From the NCBI RefSeq assembly GCF_009914755.1, contig NC_060925.1: a DNA stretch of 64,000 bases, one strand, 5' to 3'. This document shows positions 14,590 to 29,592 of this stretch, piece by piece (position 1 is the first letter of the stretch; the number at the start of each line of letters is the position of its first letter). The notes under the pieces were generated by a model that saw nothing but the letters and a program-made list of their open reading frames with translations, was not told where the DNA came from and did not search any database. Source of the stretch: the human T2T-CHM13v2.0 reference genome, Homo sapiens. A program made the position numbers and the translations under genes.

Positions 14590-14790
14590 GGAGTTATTAA
14601 CCAACAATTCATCTGGGAAAGGGAGGCCAAGATGTTGAGATGCCTGGAAACAATGTCATATGATTTAACAAACAGTTGAGGATATTTAGCTGGAAGATGA
14701 CAAAACTAAAAAGGGACCTGACAGCTTTCTTCACATATATTAAGGGCAAGTGTAGAAAAGGGAAGATGTTGTGTATTGCAGCCTCCAGCA
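14590..14790 (+). mobile_element. L3/CR1 fragment
   Basis: ctggaaacaatgtcatatga...gatatttagctggaagatg...acagctttcttcacatatattaagggc. Confidence 0.65.
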
Positions 14791-16400
14791 GACGAAAAGA
14801 GGCAGGGAGGCAGGCAGGGCTATCAGCTCTCCCCACTACATCGAGTCCTCTGTTAGACAGGCATAAGGACTCAGGATCCACCAAGTGTTGGGTACCAGCT
14901 CAGTGCTTTAGGATCCATTGATTTATTTAGCTGCAGTGGGGGGTTATGAGCGAAAAGTATTCTGGCCTGCCTTGGGCAGAACGGGCCCAAGGGAGGGATG
15001 GGTCAGTCAAATCTCAGGATCACAGCAGGGTCTCAGTGCCCTGCCAGGGACAGCGTCCCCAGGGCAGGACAGCAGTTTCCTCCCCCTAACCTGCCACTTC
15101 TCCCCTACCAATGCAGTCATGCCTGGGGTAGGTGTCACAGTGATAAATTTCACTCTCTGATGGTAAAACTCCAGGGCCCCATCCCTGTCTGCCTGTTAAG
15201 CTGCAAGACCTTTCCCTGGCTCACCAGGGAAAACCTCAGAGAAAAGGGAAAAAGACTGGGTTTCCAGAACATTAAACTTCTATTGCCACTACTGCCTGCC
15301 AATCTCCCTGCTAATCACTTGGAGAAAAGAAAGCCAATGTACCTCTGAGGGAGTCAGGAATGGGGCCCTGCTCTCCACAGCAGTGTCTGCTGACAAATCC
15401 TTGTCTTTTCAGCAGGAAGAGACCTTGGAAGGTCAATTCATCTCTTCTTCCGCCCTGGACCAGACTCACTTCATGCAGTGAAAGAAGCCTGGCTGAGCCA
15501 AAGGGGCAGTTTTCCCTCCATATTTGGTGACAAAAATATCAACCAGAGTTTACTCGAGAGCCAGCAAATATTTAGTACTTGCCACGTGCCAGACACCAGG
15601 CTGATTAAATAGGCATCCAACATTCTGTCTCCAAAGTTTATAATCAGGGGCTTAAGCAACAAAGTCCAAGGAAGGGAATGGTCCTCAGATTTGAGGATAT
15701 AAATGTTGAAAACCTTTCTTCTCCACCCAACTCTACCACCTCCAGCAACCCACAATGTGCACATTCTTCCTGCCTTCTTTTCTGACATGGCTAGACTAGG
15801 AAAGATTTTTATGTGCAGCAGCACACTGTTGCAACACACAGGTTCAATGAAGTTTGGCCAGCAGTGAAATATAGCAAAAAGACCATGCACTGAACATAGA
15901 GGTAAGAGCCTGGACCACAATGTGAGCCTGGACCACAGTGTGAGCCTAGACAAGTCACTCAACCTCAGTGATTTTCAATTTCCTTATAAGTAAAGTGGGA
16001 TTAATTATAACTCCTGCTTCATAAATTGTTCATCTCATTCCAGTCTCTTCAAACAAGCCTAGCTCACCATGCTGGCATACATGATTGGAGGACATTTTAG
16101 AAAACATGCACAGAAAGGGTGTAGGGAAATGGGCCTTGTTAGGCATTGTCAGTGGAAGTATAAGTTGGTGCACCCTTTGGGAAGATAGGTGACAAAGTTT
16201 CAAAGTAAACTTACTGCACTCACCCTTTTCCTCAAAATCTTTCTAGGAATTTACTTTGTATGTGAAATAATACATGCTGCAACAATGGTCATCACAACAT
16301 CATTTGTAATTTGTCTGTTTTTATTATACCATAGAAAAAGTACATATAATCAATATTTACATTTTAAAGAATAGCCATATATAATAGGCCAGTAACCATA

Positions 16401-17017
<617 letters not shown>

Positions 17018-17087
17018 AAAGAATACCCATAATGAAAAAAATAAGCAGTCAGTACCCAGCAACCACCTTAAGAAACAGAATGTTTAA

Positions 17088-17423
<336 letters not shown>

Positions 17424-17429
17424 CACTAC

Positions 17430-19600
17430 CCCAATTTTGTACTAATCGTTTCCTTTCTTTCCTTTATAGTTTAATCACACATCTATGTATATCTAAAAAA
17501 GAAGAAGTTTCGTTGTTCCTGTTTTGATCTCTATTCAAATATGGTCGATTTGTGTACTTTTGTCCACGATTTTAGTTCTAACTTGATTTTCACTCTAATA
17601 ATTTCAGTTTAATAATAATAAATTAGGTATTATTATTATTATTTTATACAATCAATATTTATTTATACATACAAACATTTACTATTTTCTTCACCATTTC
17701 TTCTTGCACTTCAAACCTCCTTCTGGGAACACGTTTCTTCTTCCTGTTATGTATCTTTATACATTTCTTTAGTGTCTCTTAGTGTCAATTGTACCAATTC
17801 TGTTTGTAAAAACATTTTTAAATTGTCGTTATTTTGCCCTCATGTTTGAGAGATAATTTTGGTGGGAGTAGAATTCTAGCATAACAGGTATTTTCACTTA
17901 ACATTTCAAAGCTGCCATTCCATAGTCTTCTGGCTACTGTTGAGAGATAAGCAGTGGATTGAATTCTTATAGCTTTGTAGATAATCTATCTTTTCTCTCT
18001 GACTTCTTTTAAGATCCTCTCTTTATCTTTAGTGTTTTCAGTTTGTCTTTTCCTTTTTTTTAATTATACTTTAAGTTCTGGGATACATGTGCAGAATGTG
18101 CAGGTTTGTTTCAAAGGTATACACGTGTCATGGTGGTTTGCTGCACCCATCAACCCATCATCTACATAAGGTATTTCTCCTAATGCTATCCCTCCCCTGC
18201 CCCCCAACCCCCAACAGGCCCCAGTGTGTGATGTTCCCCTCCCTGTGCCCATATGTTTTCAGTGTTCAACTCCCACTTATGAGTGAGAACATGCGGTGTT
18301 TGGTTTACTGTTCCTGTGTTAGTTTACTGAGAATGATGGTTTCCAGCTTCATCCATGTCCCTGCAAAGGACATGAACTCATTCTTTTTTATGGCTGCATA
18401 GTATTCCATGGTGTAGACATGCCACATTTTCTTTATCCAGTCTGTCATTGATGGGCATTTGGGTTGGTTCCAAGTCTTTGCTATTGTGAATAGTGCTGCA
18501 ATAAATGTACATGTGCATGTGTCTTTATAGTAGAATGAATTATAATCCATGTTTTCAGTTTTTCTATAAAATATGGGTTTCTTTTCCTTTATCCCACTTA
18601 GGATTCACTGAGCTTGTTGGAGCTGAGGACTGTTCTTCCATTAGGACTGGATATTTTTCAGTCATTATCTTTTCAAACACTTCTCTCCCACTCTCACCAT
18701 CATTCTTCGAAATTCTGATTATATGTATGCTGTATCTCCCCACTATGTCTTTTATATCTCCTAAATCTTTCATATCTTTGTCTTTCTATTGTATTCTAGG
18801 TCATTCTTCAGAGCAACTTCCAGATCACCAATTCTCTTTTCAGCTGTGTCTAAGTTATTATCATATTTATTGAGTTGCTAATTTCAATGATTTTTTTCCT
18901 AAAAGTTCTATTTATTTCTTTATTATATCTAACTAGGTTACTCTCAGTCTTTTGTCTCCTCATTATACTTCCAGTACTCTCTTTTATTGCATAAACAAAT
19001 TAAATATATTTATTTTGTATTTGATATTGGATAAGTAAATCAAGGTCATTACAGTCTTCCAGAAACATGCTGTTCTCACTCAGGGTAATTTATTTTCTTA
19101 TGCATTTGTTGAATTTTGATTGGGAAGTCCATGTCCTCTGGAACGTTATCTGTGAGAATTCTCTGAGACCAGGGTTTAAACTATGTTCTGTCTGGAAAAA
19201 TGTGCTGCTGCTGTTATTGGAGCCCTAGGGACAGTACAAATCTAGGAGACTTCAAATTTTCTAATGGTGTCTAAGTTTAAGATTAGAAATTCTCCAAGAA
19301 AGACTTTTCTTTGTTTTTTTCTTCTATTCCATCAAGAGTCAAGGATGACAACCAAATATCTTCACTAACTCTCTTTCTCCCTCTGGGTGTGTTTTTTCTA
19401 CTTCATCTACTGAAAATTTCACCCCTCAGAGATCCCAATTTTGTATATGGATTCAACCTGCTTGATCCCTGGACTATATCTCCCATCTCTCATGTAGGTG
19501 ACCCATATTACCCAATTACTGAAACCCAATTAGGCCCCAAGACAAAGTCTAGCTCTACAGCTCACTTATTCTTTTCATTTAATGTTTTTTTTTCTTGTTT
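17430..19600 (-). mobile_element. Ancient L1/HAL1 region including an ORF1 remnant
   Basis: ORF 18564-18773 (IHIIRISKNDGESGREVFEKIMTEKYPVL) resembles the ORF1p IIGIPE..IFEEII.ENFPNL motif. Confidence 0.65.
18049..18549 (-). mobile_element. L1PA (about PA7) 3' end, 5'-truncated
   Basis: ttatactttaagttctgggatacatgtgcag 3'UTR; 16-bp TSD tgttttcagtttgtct / tgttttcagtttttct. Confidence 0.93.
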
Positions 19601-19612
19601 CCTATTCCCCTT

Positions 19613-19919
19613 GGCTGGGTGTGGTGACTCACACCTGTAATCTCAACACCAGGAAGAAGGAATGCTTGAGCTTAGGAGTTCAAGATCAGCCCGGGAAACA
19701 CTGCAAGAGCTCAACTCTACAAAAATAATAACACTAGCCAGGCAGGAGAGTATGCCTCTCTTTGTTATGCACCTGTAGTCATAGCTACTCAGGAGGCTGA
19801 GGTGGGAGGATCGCTTGAATCCAGGAGTTTGAGGCTGTGGTGCGCTATGAGCACACTCCAACCCAGGTGACAGAGCAAGACCCTGTCTCTAAAATAAATA
19901 AATAAATAAATAAATAAAA
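19613..19919 (+). mobile_element. Degenerate AluJ with a (TAAA)n tail
   Basis: Alu arms with indels; ggatcgcttgaatccaggagtttgaggctg. Confidence 0.88.
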
Positions 19920-19969
19920 TTTTGTGCCAACTCAAACATGCATTCATGTATTTTTAAAGGTGGGGCAGG

Positions 19970-20050
19970 AATATATATATATGTGTGTGTATATGTGTGT
20001 GTATTAGTCTCTCTCTCTATTTATACATACATGTATGTATATACACACAT
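19970..20050. repeat. Mixed (TA)/(TG)/(TC) microsatellite
   Basis: atatatatatatgtgtgtgtatatgtgtgtgt...ctctctct. Confidence 0.8.
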
Positions 20051-20707
20051 ACCATCATTTGGAGGCATACTGTCCCTGGAGGAGTTTCATAGAACATCTA
20101 GTCTACTGTATTTCATGGAAAGATAAATTTAATTATATTTATTGGCAAGGGAAGATGTCAATATAAGGAGTGAATGTAAAAAAATCAAGTTATATAACAG
20201 TGTTCTCTCTGTATTATGGGTTAAGTGATGCTTGTTTTGTCTTTCTATTTTTCCATATTGTTTTACTTTTTTGTAATGGGAATGTATTAGTTTAACAAAT
20301 CCCATTGTCCCAATTCTACTCATATTATTATGCAAATATACAAAACATTTATGACTTCTTTGTTTCTCTGTAACATGCTTAATTGTGCTTCTTGAGTCTC
20401 CATCCTAGTGGAAAGTACAGGACTATGGAATAGGAGTCTACTGTACCAGACAAAGTATATGGGTCTCACCAGATTTGCTCCACTTGCGTCTCCCCTCAAC
20501 CACATACTCAATGGATAGTCCCAGCAACTACCACCACAGCCTCATCTACTGACACTGTATCTATCTCAGCCTTCTCCATGGTGAGGGCTTCAGCAGGTAC
20601 TTGTGGGTCTCCCATGGCAGAAGACAAGGCTCTATTGCTCAGGTCTGACTCAACAGGACTTATGAAGGTTCAAGTTCCTCTCACCACTTCCAGACTCAGA
20701 TAAAGGG

Positions 20708-21619
20708 TGTATTATTACCTATTGCTTTTTAACAAATTACTTCAAAACTTGTGGCTTAAGCAATAAAGATTATCTCACAGATTGAGTTGGTCAAGAATCT
20801 GGGAGTGGCTTAGCAGGATGTTTCTGGCTGAGGGTCTCTCATGAAATGGCTGTCAGGATGTTGACAAGAACTGCAATCATCTGAAGGCTTGACAGAGCCT
20901 GAAAGATCCGCTGCCAAAATGCCTCACTGTCATGGCTGTTGGCAGGAAGCTTTAGATCCTCATCATGCAGACCTCTCTATGGGCTGCTTGTGCATTCTCA
21001 CAAAGGAAGCTGGCTTCTCCCAAAGCAAGAACAGTTGACCCTTAAACAGCATGGGTTTGAACCAAGAGGATAAACTTACATGTGGACTTTCTTCTGTGTC
21101 TGCCACCCCTCAGACAGCAAGACCAACCCCTCCTCTTCCTCCTCCTCCTCAGCCCACTCAAGGTGAAGATTACAAGGATGAAGACCTTTATAATGATATA
21201 CTTCCACTTAATTAATAGTAAATATATTTTCTCTTCCTTACAATTTTCTTACATATAACATACAAAATATGTGTTAATCAACTGTTTATACTAGCTATAA
21301 AGCTTCTGATCAATAACAGACTATTAGTAGTCAAGTTTTGGGAGGGATCAAAATTATACATGCATTTTTGACTACGCAGGGGTTGGCACCCCTAATCCCC
21401 ATGTTGTTCAAGGGTCAGCTGTTGTTAAAGAGTAAGGAAGAAGACACAGTGCTTTTTATGACCTAATCTCTGCAATCACACAATGTCACATTCACTTTAT
21501 TCTATTTGTTAGAATCAAGTCTCTAAGACCAGCCCACACTCAAGTAGAGGGGAATTAAGCTCCACCTCTTAAAGAGAGAATTGTGAAAGCATTTGTGAAA
21601 ATATTTTAAAACTACCGTA
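20708..21619 (-). mobile_element. MLT1 MaLR LTR interrupted by Tigger2a
   Basis: tgtattattacctattgc...gtggcttaag start; TSD aaggg/aagga. Confidence 0.8.
21032..21421 (+). mobile_element. Tigger2a (MER28) DNA transposon
   Basis: Terminal inverted repeats (TIRs) cagttgacccttaaaca / tgttcaagggtcagctg; internal gaccaacccctcctcttcctcctcctcctcagcc. Confidence 0.9.
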
Positions 21620-21639
21620 AAGGAATATGGCTTGAGCAT

Positions 21640-22017
21640 TGGAACTCTAACTTCTTCAGAATCCTACCATAGGGAACAGGTTATATAACCTCACAGTGTA
21701 ATAGAGTTAATATACCATGGGGCAAATGATGATCACTGAAAGACAAGAAAGAAGAGAATGCAAAAGAAAAATTCAAATCACCCCTCCCCACACAGACTGT
21801 TTTGAGGTATGATGATCTCTCATGGCCCATCTGGAGGAAGTCCCATATGTCTGAAACCAAATGGGCTTTTTGTGAGACTATGGCTTACTTCTCCCCTTCC
21901 CTGCCTCACTTTTGTTTTTTCCCTTATTTTTGCTGTCCTAGGCCTGCACCATTCAGTAAAGCTTTAGCATATAATCTTTATCTCAAATTCTGTGTTCTCA
22001 AAACTTGGCTTAAGACA
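21640..22017 (+). mobile_element. Old ERVL-type LTR, 3' part
   Basis: agtaaa signal, then ctcaaattctgtgttctcaaaacttggcttaagaca terminus. Confidence 0.45.
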
Positions 22018-22586
22018 AGAAGTTAATCTTGAAAATTACTAGCACTGACATAAACATGTTTTCAGATAGTTCAGTTTCTCCAGGGTAAATGTTCAGACTT
22101 CCAAATTTCCTCCCTAGGCACTCCACCACTACCCTGACTTTTCCTTAATGGTAGCAGGCACATCATGGATCCTACTTCACCTTGTGGTAATGGGAGAGAA
22201 CTAACCTCTGGTCCAAGCTGATGTCTGCCTGGGTTATTCGTCTAGTCTGTTTCCTAGACTCTTTCATAACTGATTCTGACTTGTCAGAATGATGCATGAG
22301 CTCCCACCACTAAAAACCACAGGTTTGGTCCTTTCTTTCCAGTTGCGAAGTCCCCTATTCACTGAACACTTTGTTCTATCCCCAGGCCTCTGCTGGACTA
22401 CAAGCTCTCCCAGCACCTCAACCAGGGCACATTAGAACTCCTAAGTTCCAGTGCACAACATTCCCAGGCCATGGAGAACAGGAGCACTGCCTTGGTCTCA
22501 TCTAATTACCCGTCTCCTTTCACTTTAGTTCCTGTGCCATGTTGAGGGGAATGTAAGGCTGGAGACATTAACCGCCATGTTCTTAG

Positions 22587-22946
<360 letters not shown>

Positions 22947-25900
22947 TGATTTGGCCTACGGGAATAAAAATGAGGACACAGCACTCCGACTCCATTGTCC
23001 TTCCTCCACCTCTCCCTTCTTTCTCCATGCCCCTCAGGTGAGAAGGGGTGAGCTTCCCAAGTGACTTCCATCATACCATAGTCTGAATTATCTCTACCCT
23101 ATTGTTTACAGGGAAATTCTATGATCATATTATTGGAAGGTTGCTGAATTTAGAAATTTATTTGCTTTCTACACAAAATCTTACTTTCAAGACTGTTTTG
23201 TCTTGATGGACTCAAAAACAAGAATGTGGCACTGAGATTTAAACTGAACAATAACCTCTGCGTTGAGGTGGCTGCTGCCCTTCCTAAAGCACTAAAATCT
23301 ATTGCTTTCATAGGTGGAGAACCCCAGGAAAACAAAATGTACAGGATATGGATACACATCCAAAATACATTTTAAACATGCTATCTCTGTCTATTGCCTT
23401 AAGCAATTGGAGTATTTTCTCCAAAATACCATTATTGTCATCAATTCTTCATTGAGATCACCTCCAACTTGTCTATTAAGGATACCCTCCCGCTTCCTCC
23501 AGACCCTAGTCCCAGCTACTAAATCCCTCTTTATAGACAGCTCAGTTTGGACCCATTGTCCCAGCTTTGAACTTAGCCATTCTTCAAGCTTGTGAGTTCC
23601 AGTACTAGCTCTTCTTAACCCAGGGTAAGAAAGAACTTACCCAGCCCCATTTCCTCACCTCACAAGAAAGATCAAACACAATGATGTTTTAAGACATGGA
23701 AAGAAAAGATGTATGTGAAGTCACTTTGCAAACTGTAACACACTGTACAAATATCAAGTATTATCTCATAAAAGAAGCCTTCTCAGGCAACTGAGAATGG
23801 TTCTTTTCATATTTTGAACCATAACAGTTGTCTCCAGGGTCCAGGAAAGATAAAGCTAGTGTCAGAAGGGAGGCTTAAGTCATTGAAGAAAAAGGATGAA
23901 GGAAAAGGGGCCACCAGTGGAAAGTCAGTTTCAGATGCATCTTATCTGCCCAGACAACCACTGGCTTCAGGCTTCTGCTCGCAGAGCAGTATTAGAAAAC
24001 ACAACTTAGGGATGGCACTGAGGGAGGTCCAAGTCACAATGTTGAGATGGTGGCAAACAAGAACATCAAAAACTTCAGGCTGGCATCTTCTGTGGCCATG
24101 GGCAGAGATCTGCTCAGGCTGCTGTCCAAATTCACTCTGTTGGGCAGAAAGGAGCTGATTTATGTCTCCAGCAGGTATGCCAGAGAAAATTCAAATTGAT
24201 CAAAAATTAAATATTCATAGGACATTATTCATTAAGATTCATCTCACCGAGTGGATGAAATGAGGCAAGGGAAGAAATTAGCTTGCTTGAGAGTGTCAAA
24301 GTGATTATGTGATTAAATTGCAATTTATAATTTCTCCTTCAAAAAAAGCATTACTTCTTGATTTGTGTTTCTCCTCTTGCTGTGCCCCCTTTGTTGTCTA
24401 GGCCTGAGCCAAGGACACACAGGGTTAATCGGAGACAGGAAGGCTCCTAACACAGTGCCTGGTCTGCTTCCCCTGTCCTTCCCTATCCATCACTGACTCC
24501 GAGAGAAGGGCCTTTCCACCCAGCCTCAGGGCTCTGTTCTTGAGGCTGAGAACAGGGCTTCCAATAGCAGAGGCCAGACAAATCCCCACAGTGCCACTCA
24601 GTTGGGGGATTTTCCAGCCTCAGGCCACTGCCCCTCCTTCCTCTACAAGAAAAAAGGTACGAAGTACAATTTCCCAGTAGCTCACCAGTCATGCTTGTAG
24701 AGCATAACCGAATGGTCTATAGGGAAGTCCACCCTGGCCACCTTCCACACTTAAAGAGAAGGGAGATGTTCTTCCTGTACTCTTGGCCTCCCCTCCTGAA
24801 CTTGATGTGGAGCTATGACAAGCCTCCTCCAGGCGAAGTCTGGATCAGGTGGTTGACTCTTGAAGCCCACCAGCTGAGAGGCCATCCTTACCTCAAGGTC
24901 AACAAGCCAGTACCTCAGCTCCTGCCAAAAAAGATCCCCAGGGAAAGTGAATATCAAAGTTCAAGAACCCAACAGGTTCAGGGCAAGAGAGTAGGTGTTC
25001 CCTTGGGTAACCCACCTCCTTCACCAACTGGCATATCCACTCTACCACACCCCCTTTCTGGGGGACTCTCAAATTCGCTAAGCCTGAATCCAGAGAAGAA
25101 CCGGGAACACTCCCAAAGGCTTGCCATCCAGAGGCCAAGCAGCTTTAATTTTCCAGCTGTGCTCTCCTGAGCCCTGAAGACCCAGAAGACACAGGGCCTG
25201 CCCTGTGCTTGGAGAGGGGAGGGGCTTGGAGGAGCAGCAAGCTCCAAATGGGGCAGCTCCACTTTCATCTGCTTTATACACGGCACTTCTGTGTATGATT
25301 TCATTTCAGGAAAAGGTTTTGCTGCTAAAAATAATTCTGAAACCACTGAATTAGATGACCTCTCACAAGCCCCTTCCAGTCCAGGAGCCTCTGATTCTCT
25401 GACTTCAATGATAGGGAAGCAAAATGTACTCTGAACTTGACAAAGGCTCTGTTTTCTCCTATCTCTCGCTCTTAGGAGACACAATCTGTCTGTTTCTCCA
25501 TCTGTCTGTCTAGGATCCAGAGTATAGCTAAGGTGATATGGATGGGTATGGAGGCAGATGGCTAGCTGCGTTTATCTTCCTCTGTCACTCTATCTCCTTC
25601 CATCTTCGCCTCTTACTGTCTCTATAACTCTCTGTGTCTCTCTCTTGCTACTACCCAATAAAGATTTAGAGGCTGGTTCCAGCAGCTGAGAACGGCGATA
25701 TTAATTCCAAGCTTGTTTCCAAACACCACAGAGGTCTACCCGGGTTAATTAGTTGTGCAGGCTTTTCTACAAGTAAGCGAGCCGGCAGGGTTTTTTACAG
25801 CTCTGTCACTGTGTTTATTTGTTCGTTTTCTGTTTTGTTTGGAAATACATTTATCTGACAATAAATAACATCCGCCATGACTAGAGCCGATAAAGGCAAT

Positions 25901-26179
25901 GAACAGCCCCTTCAGGGCCTTGGGGGACATAGTGAGAAAGCTTCAAGGTCGGGTCCCCCTACTCCAAGGGGCACTACCAGCCCTTGAGAAAGATGAAGAG
26001 GATGTGGGTAAAACCAGTGGGGGGAGGCTAGAAGAAGAGATAGGATCAAGGGCCATGGACATGGCTAAAAGTGAAGAAAGGAAATGCCCACTGAGGAACA
26101 GAGCCCATAGCAAGGAGTCAGGAGCCTGAGGCTCTTGGCAAATGGCAGTAAGGGTACCCTTTTGGCATGACAGGGGGGA

Positions 26180-26370
26180 GGCAGAAGATTTGGCTGTGGA
26201 TCCCAGTTCCAGCACATACAAGCTGTGTAACCTCAGACAAGTTGCTAACCTTCATGCCTCCGTTTCCTCACCCATAAAACAAGAGTGATATTAACACCCT
26301 CTGCTCAGAGTGGTTGCAAATATATCTAGGAGACAATGAAAGTAAATGCACTATGCAAACAATAGAGATT
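26180..26370 (+). mobile_element. MIR
   Basis: agctgtgtaacctcagacaagttgctaacc...gtttcctcacccataaaa. Confidence 0.7.
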
Positions 26371-26729
26371 CTCATTTTTCAGATGAAAAGTATTTCTCAG
26401 GAGTATATGGTCAAGATTCTAGGCCTCCCTGGGAAAAAATTAATCTAAAATGTTAGAGCAGGATTTGTCCTTGTGTCCAAAGGCTCTGTGCTAATGACTT
26501 CAACATGACCACACAGCTTGGCCCATTTGTAAGTTGACCACAATCTCACCAGGGCTAGTTCAGCTCTTGCACAAGCCCCAAATGGGAAGATTCCGTTAGT
26601 CTAAACAAAAAAATATTATGGGGAGTACTTCACTGTGAACCACATATTCTTATTTAAGGCTTTCAGGGTAAGGGATGAGGAGAGGTGAGGAGGCAGAGGG
26701 ATCACAGTATGAAACCAAGTAGGCAGAAC

Positions 26730-26965
26730 AGAGTATCGGTAGAGAGTAGAAGCTCCGAGTTCAGCGTGCCTCTTTACATCACTTTCTGACTATAAACCTT
26801 AGAGATGCTATTTAACATTTCTATCTCAGTTTTCTCATCTGTAAAATGGGGACAGTGACAGTACCTAGCTCATTGGATTGTGGTGTGAGGAGATGAGATG
26901 AAGTATGTGACGTGCTTGGGACAGTAGATGGCACATGGAAGAGCTCAATAAACACTAACTATCCT
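26730..26965 (+). mobile_element. MIR
   Basis: ctcagttttctcatctgtaaaatggggaca...ggcacatggaagagctcaataaa. Confidence 0.8.
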
Positions 26966-29004
26966 CAAAACACATGAAAACTACTCAAGAGACATTTCAC
27001 TTGCGAGCACATGAACTTACTACCAATTGAGAGTCTCAGCGCTGAGGTTGTGCAGTGAAGGAGCATGTCAAATGGTGGGAATTAATCAAGAAATCCTTTC
27101 AGGAGGAAGGACAACTTCAACACAGGTTAAAAGAGAAGAGACAGGATAGCACTGCCTGCAGCTGTGCATGTCCTAGCGTGTGTCCCCATTATGCTAGACC
27201 CACAGCCAAGAGGAGCCAAGCAACCCCACAGAATTACCAGCAAGCCGCCAGCAGATGGAGCCAGCCACCTCCACACACTGCTGTTCAAGGCACCAGCACC
27301 CTCTAAATGGACCGGCACCCAGCCCACGTCCAGTCAGGAGCAGGACTGAGAGAGATCAAGGAAGAGTCACCCTTCACGCCCCTGTGGAGATGATAAGGGT
27401 GCTTTCTTGCCCCAGTGTGAGGGGAGAGGGAATCCAGACTCTCCCTGATGCCTCAGAGGCACAGCTCACTGTCAGAGTCCTTGCCATCCTGGAAGCCTAG
27501 GACTGCAGCCCAGTGCCCTTGTTGTTCACCTACCCCACTGTGGGAAGGAAAAGCAGGATGCCTGATGAACTTACTTTGAGGGCTGGGACTGCACTTGAAT
27601 GTAGAGACTGGTATCCATCTGAGTCTGGGAGATTCTGAAAGCAAGAGGCCCACTACAGTAGCCCATCCGGCAGGGCTCGAAGGACCCTGGGGCAGCATGA
27701 CTGGGAAGAAGATGGGGGCAGCTCTCCCTTCCCAGGTCTGTGGGGCCCTTGAAGGATTATGGGAGAGGATTCCTGCAGGCCCTGTGGCTCTGCATGGAGA
27801 TGCACGGAAGTCAGTGGAAGGGCAGGAGCTGAGGGTTTGCCCAGGTACCCATGGCCAAGTCAACAAAGGGTCGTTGGGCACCTGTACCACTGTTGAGGCT
27901 AAAGAGAGGTGCATCTGTGTGAGGGAAGGAGGGGGAAAGGGTGGTGTTCAGTGATGGAGGAGGGTGGGGTGAGATCTTCAGCATCTAACAGAGCCACAAA
28001 GAACAGGAAGGGGAAAAGGACACTCCTGTAAAGAGGTCTCTTACTCTCCATCCCTCCTCTCTGCCCAAATACAGATGCTGAGGCCTCAAAGAGGGAGGAG
28101 GTGAGGCATCTTCAAGCCAGGCCCTACTTCCCCTCCACTGCTCCAAACAACCAGGACCCAACTCTCACTTGTGCTGGAGGGAAGGGGAGAGAAGAGCTCT
28201 GAATCGAGTTTGCAATGAAAGTTTTAAAAATATAAGAGGCTGAGTCTTAATTACTGGAATGAGACTGTTATAGTAACCGAAAGTGGCTGAAAAGTTATGG
28301 AACCAGACCAAGATGTCATTAAGGGAGCGGCTCCTCAGCAGGAAAGAGAGATCTGGCACAGCACAGCCAGGGCAGTTACTGGAAGAAATAAAATCTTTTC
28401 ATGTTTATACCCCAACGAGTTGAGACTCCCCAGTGAATCAGGCACACAGGAAGTACCTGGGCCTTGGACACCAGTGTCCCTGTGGTCAGAGTACCCCATG
28501 AAGGATGATGTCACGCGGAGCACAACCTCCTCTTCCCATTCAGGTGCTGTCTCACCTCCCAGGGCAAGAGAAGCAGGAGGAATTTGTCCTCCAGCTTTAA
28601 TGAGGCACTTAGAAAGAGGAACAGGATGGTTTCTTCTTACCGGAATCCTCGATGGAATGCAGGCGCAGGCAGCTGAAAGAGATGGTGCAATTTGCATACT
28701 TCTGGTGGATTCCAGGAAGCATCAGCCCCATTTCACCCTAACAGCCAGTGGACTCTGCCTGGGAGGGCCAACAGCCAAAGAGAGCTTTCAGTCTCCAGGC
28801 TGAGAAAGTCAGGAGAGGAACAAGTCAGGGGACACCACCAGCCCTGGGACAGCGTGGCAGCATATCCAGAAGATCAGGAAACTGCCGCAGAGGCTTGGTC
28901 CCCTACTGGAAATTGAAAGAAAATGAAGTTTAGAAAGAGCAGGGTGGGAACTGGTTTGCAGAACAGAATGTTCCCTTGGCTTATTTTCATCTGGGGGAAA
29001 GGGA

Positions 29005-29190
29005 AGAACTAATACTTATTGAATGCCTGTGCTGTATCAGGCACTATGTTCATTCTTGTCTTATTTAATCCTCCCACAACCCTGTAAGGAAAGCATTTTC
29101 TCCATTTTACAGATGAAAAAACTGAGGCAGAGTGGTTGCCTAAGGTCACATGTTGTTGGAATTTGAACTTCATGTTTGTCTGTGTGGTAG
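29005..29190 (-). mobile_element. MIR
   Basis: ccattttacagatgaaaaaactgaggcagag...cctaaggtcaca. Confidence 0.8.
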
Positions 29191-29199
29191 ACAGACACA

Positions 29200-29592
29200 G
29201 AGATGCCATGCTTACATTGCCCCTTCAATAAAGGACTCACTCCCCTGCTACCAAGAATGTTGGTTTTATTTGCCCCCAGCAATTAGTTCCTTCAAGGACC
29301 ACCTGAGTTTTTAAGCCACAGTCACTCTCTTCTTAAGGCAGCCCCTAGCCAATGGCTGAGCAAGGTGGTAGTACAAAGGCCCATCCCTCTTCTACCAATG
29401 CGGAACTCCTCTAACAAGCAATTTTTGCTCAGAGCACCCTGTTAGACTGGCAGAGGCTTTGTCAAGTCTGCATCAGAAGCCAAGAGCTCCTCCTGGCCAA
29501 ACTGCTTCCTCCCTTTTCCACTCACAGGTGATCCTCCCCTTTGCACTTCTACCTCTGTTGCAGCATCTAGTTCCAGAGAACCCAGTGGAGAC
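29200..29592 (+). mobile_element. LTR16-family ERVL LTR
   Basis: ggcagaggctttgtcaagtctgcatca...ctcctggccaaactgcttcc...agcatctagttccagagaaccca. Confidence 0.65.

Noticed and set aside
15906-15950. 18-bp tandem repeat and similar micro-duplications (3421, 3988, 7012, 7819, 38682)
   Set aside because: Ordinary slippage products, mostly inside old repeats; no shared motif or pattern.
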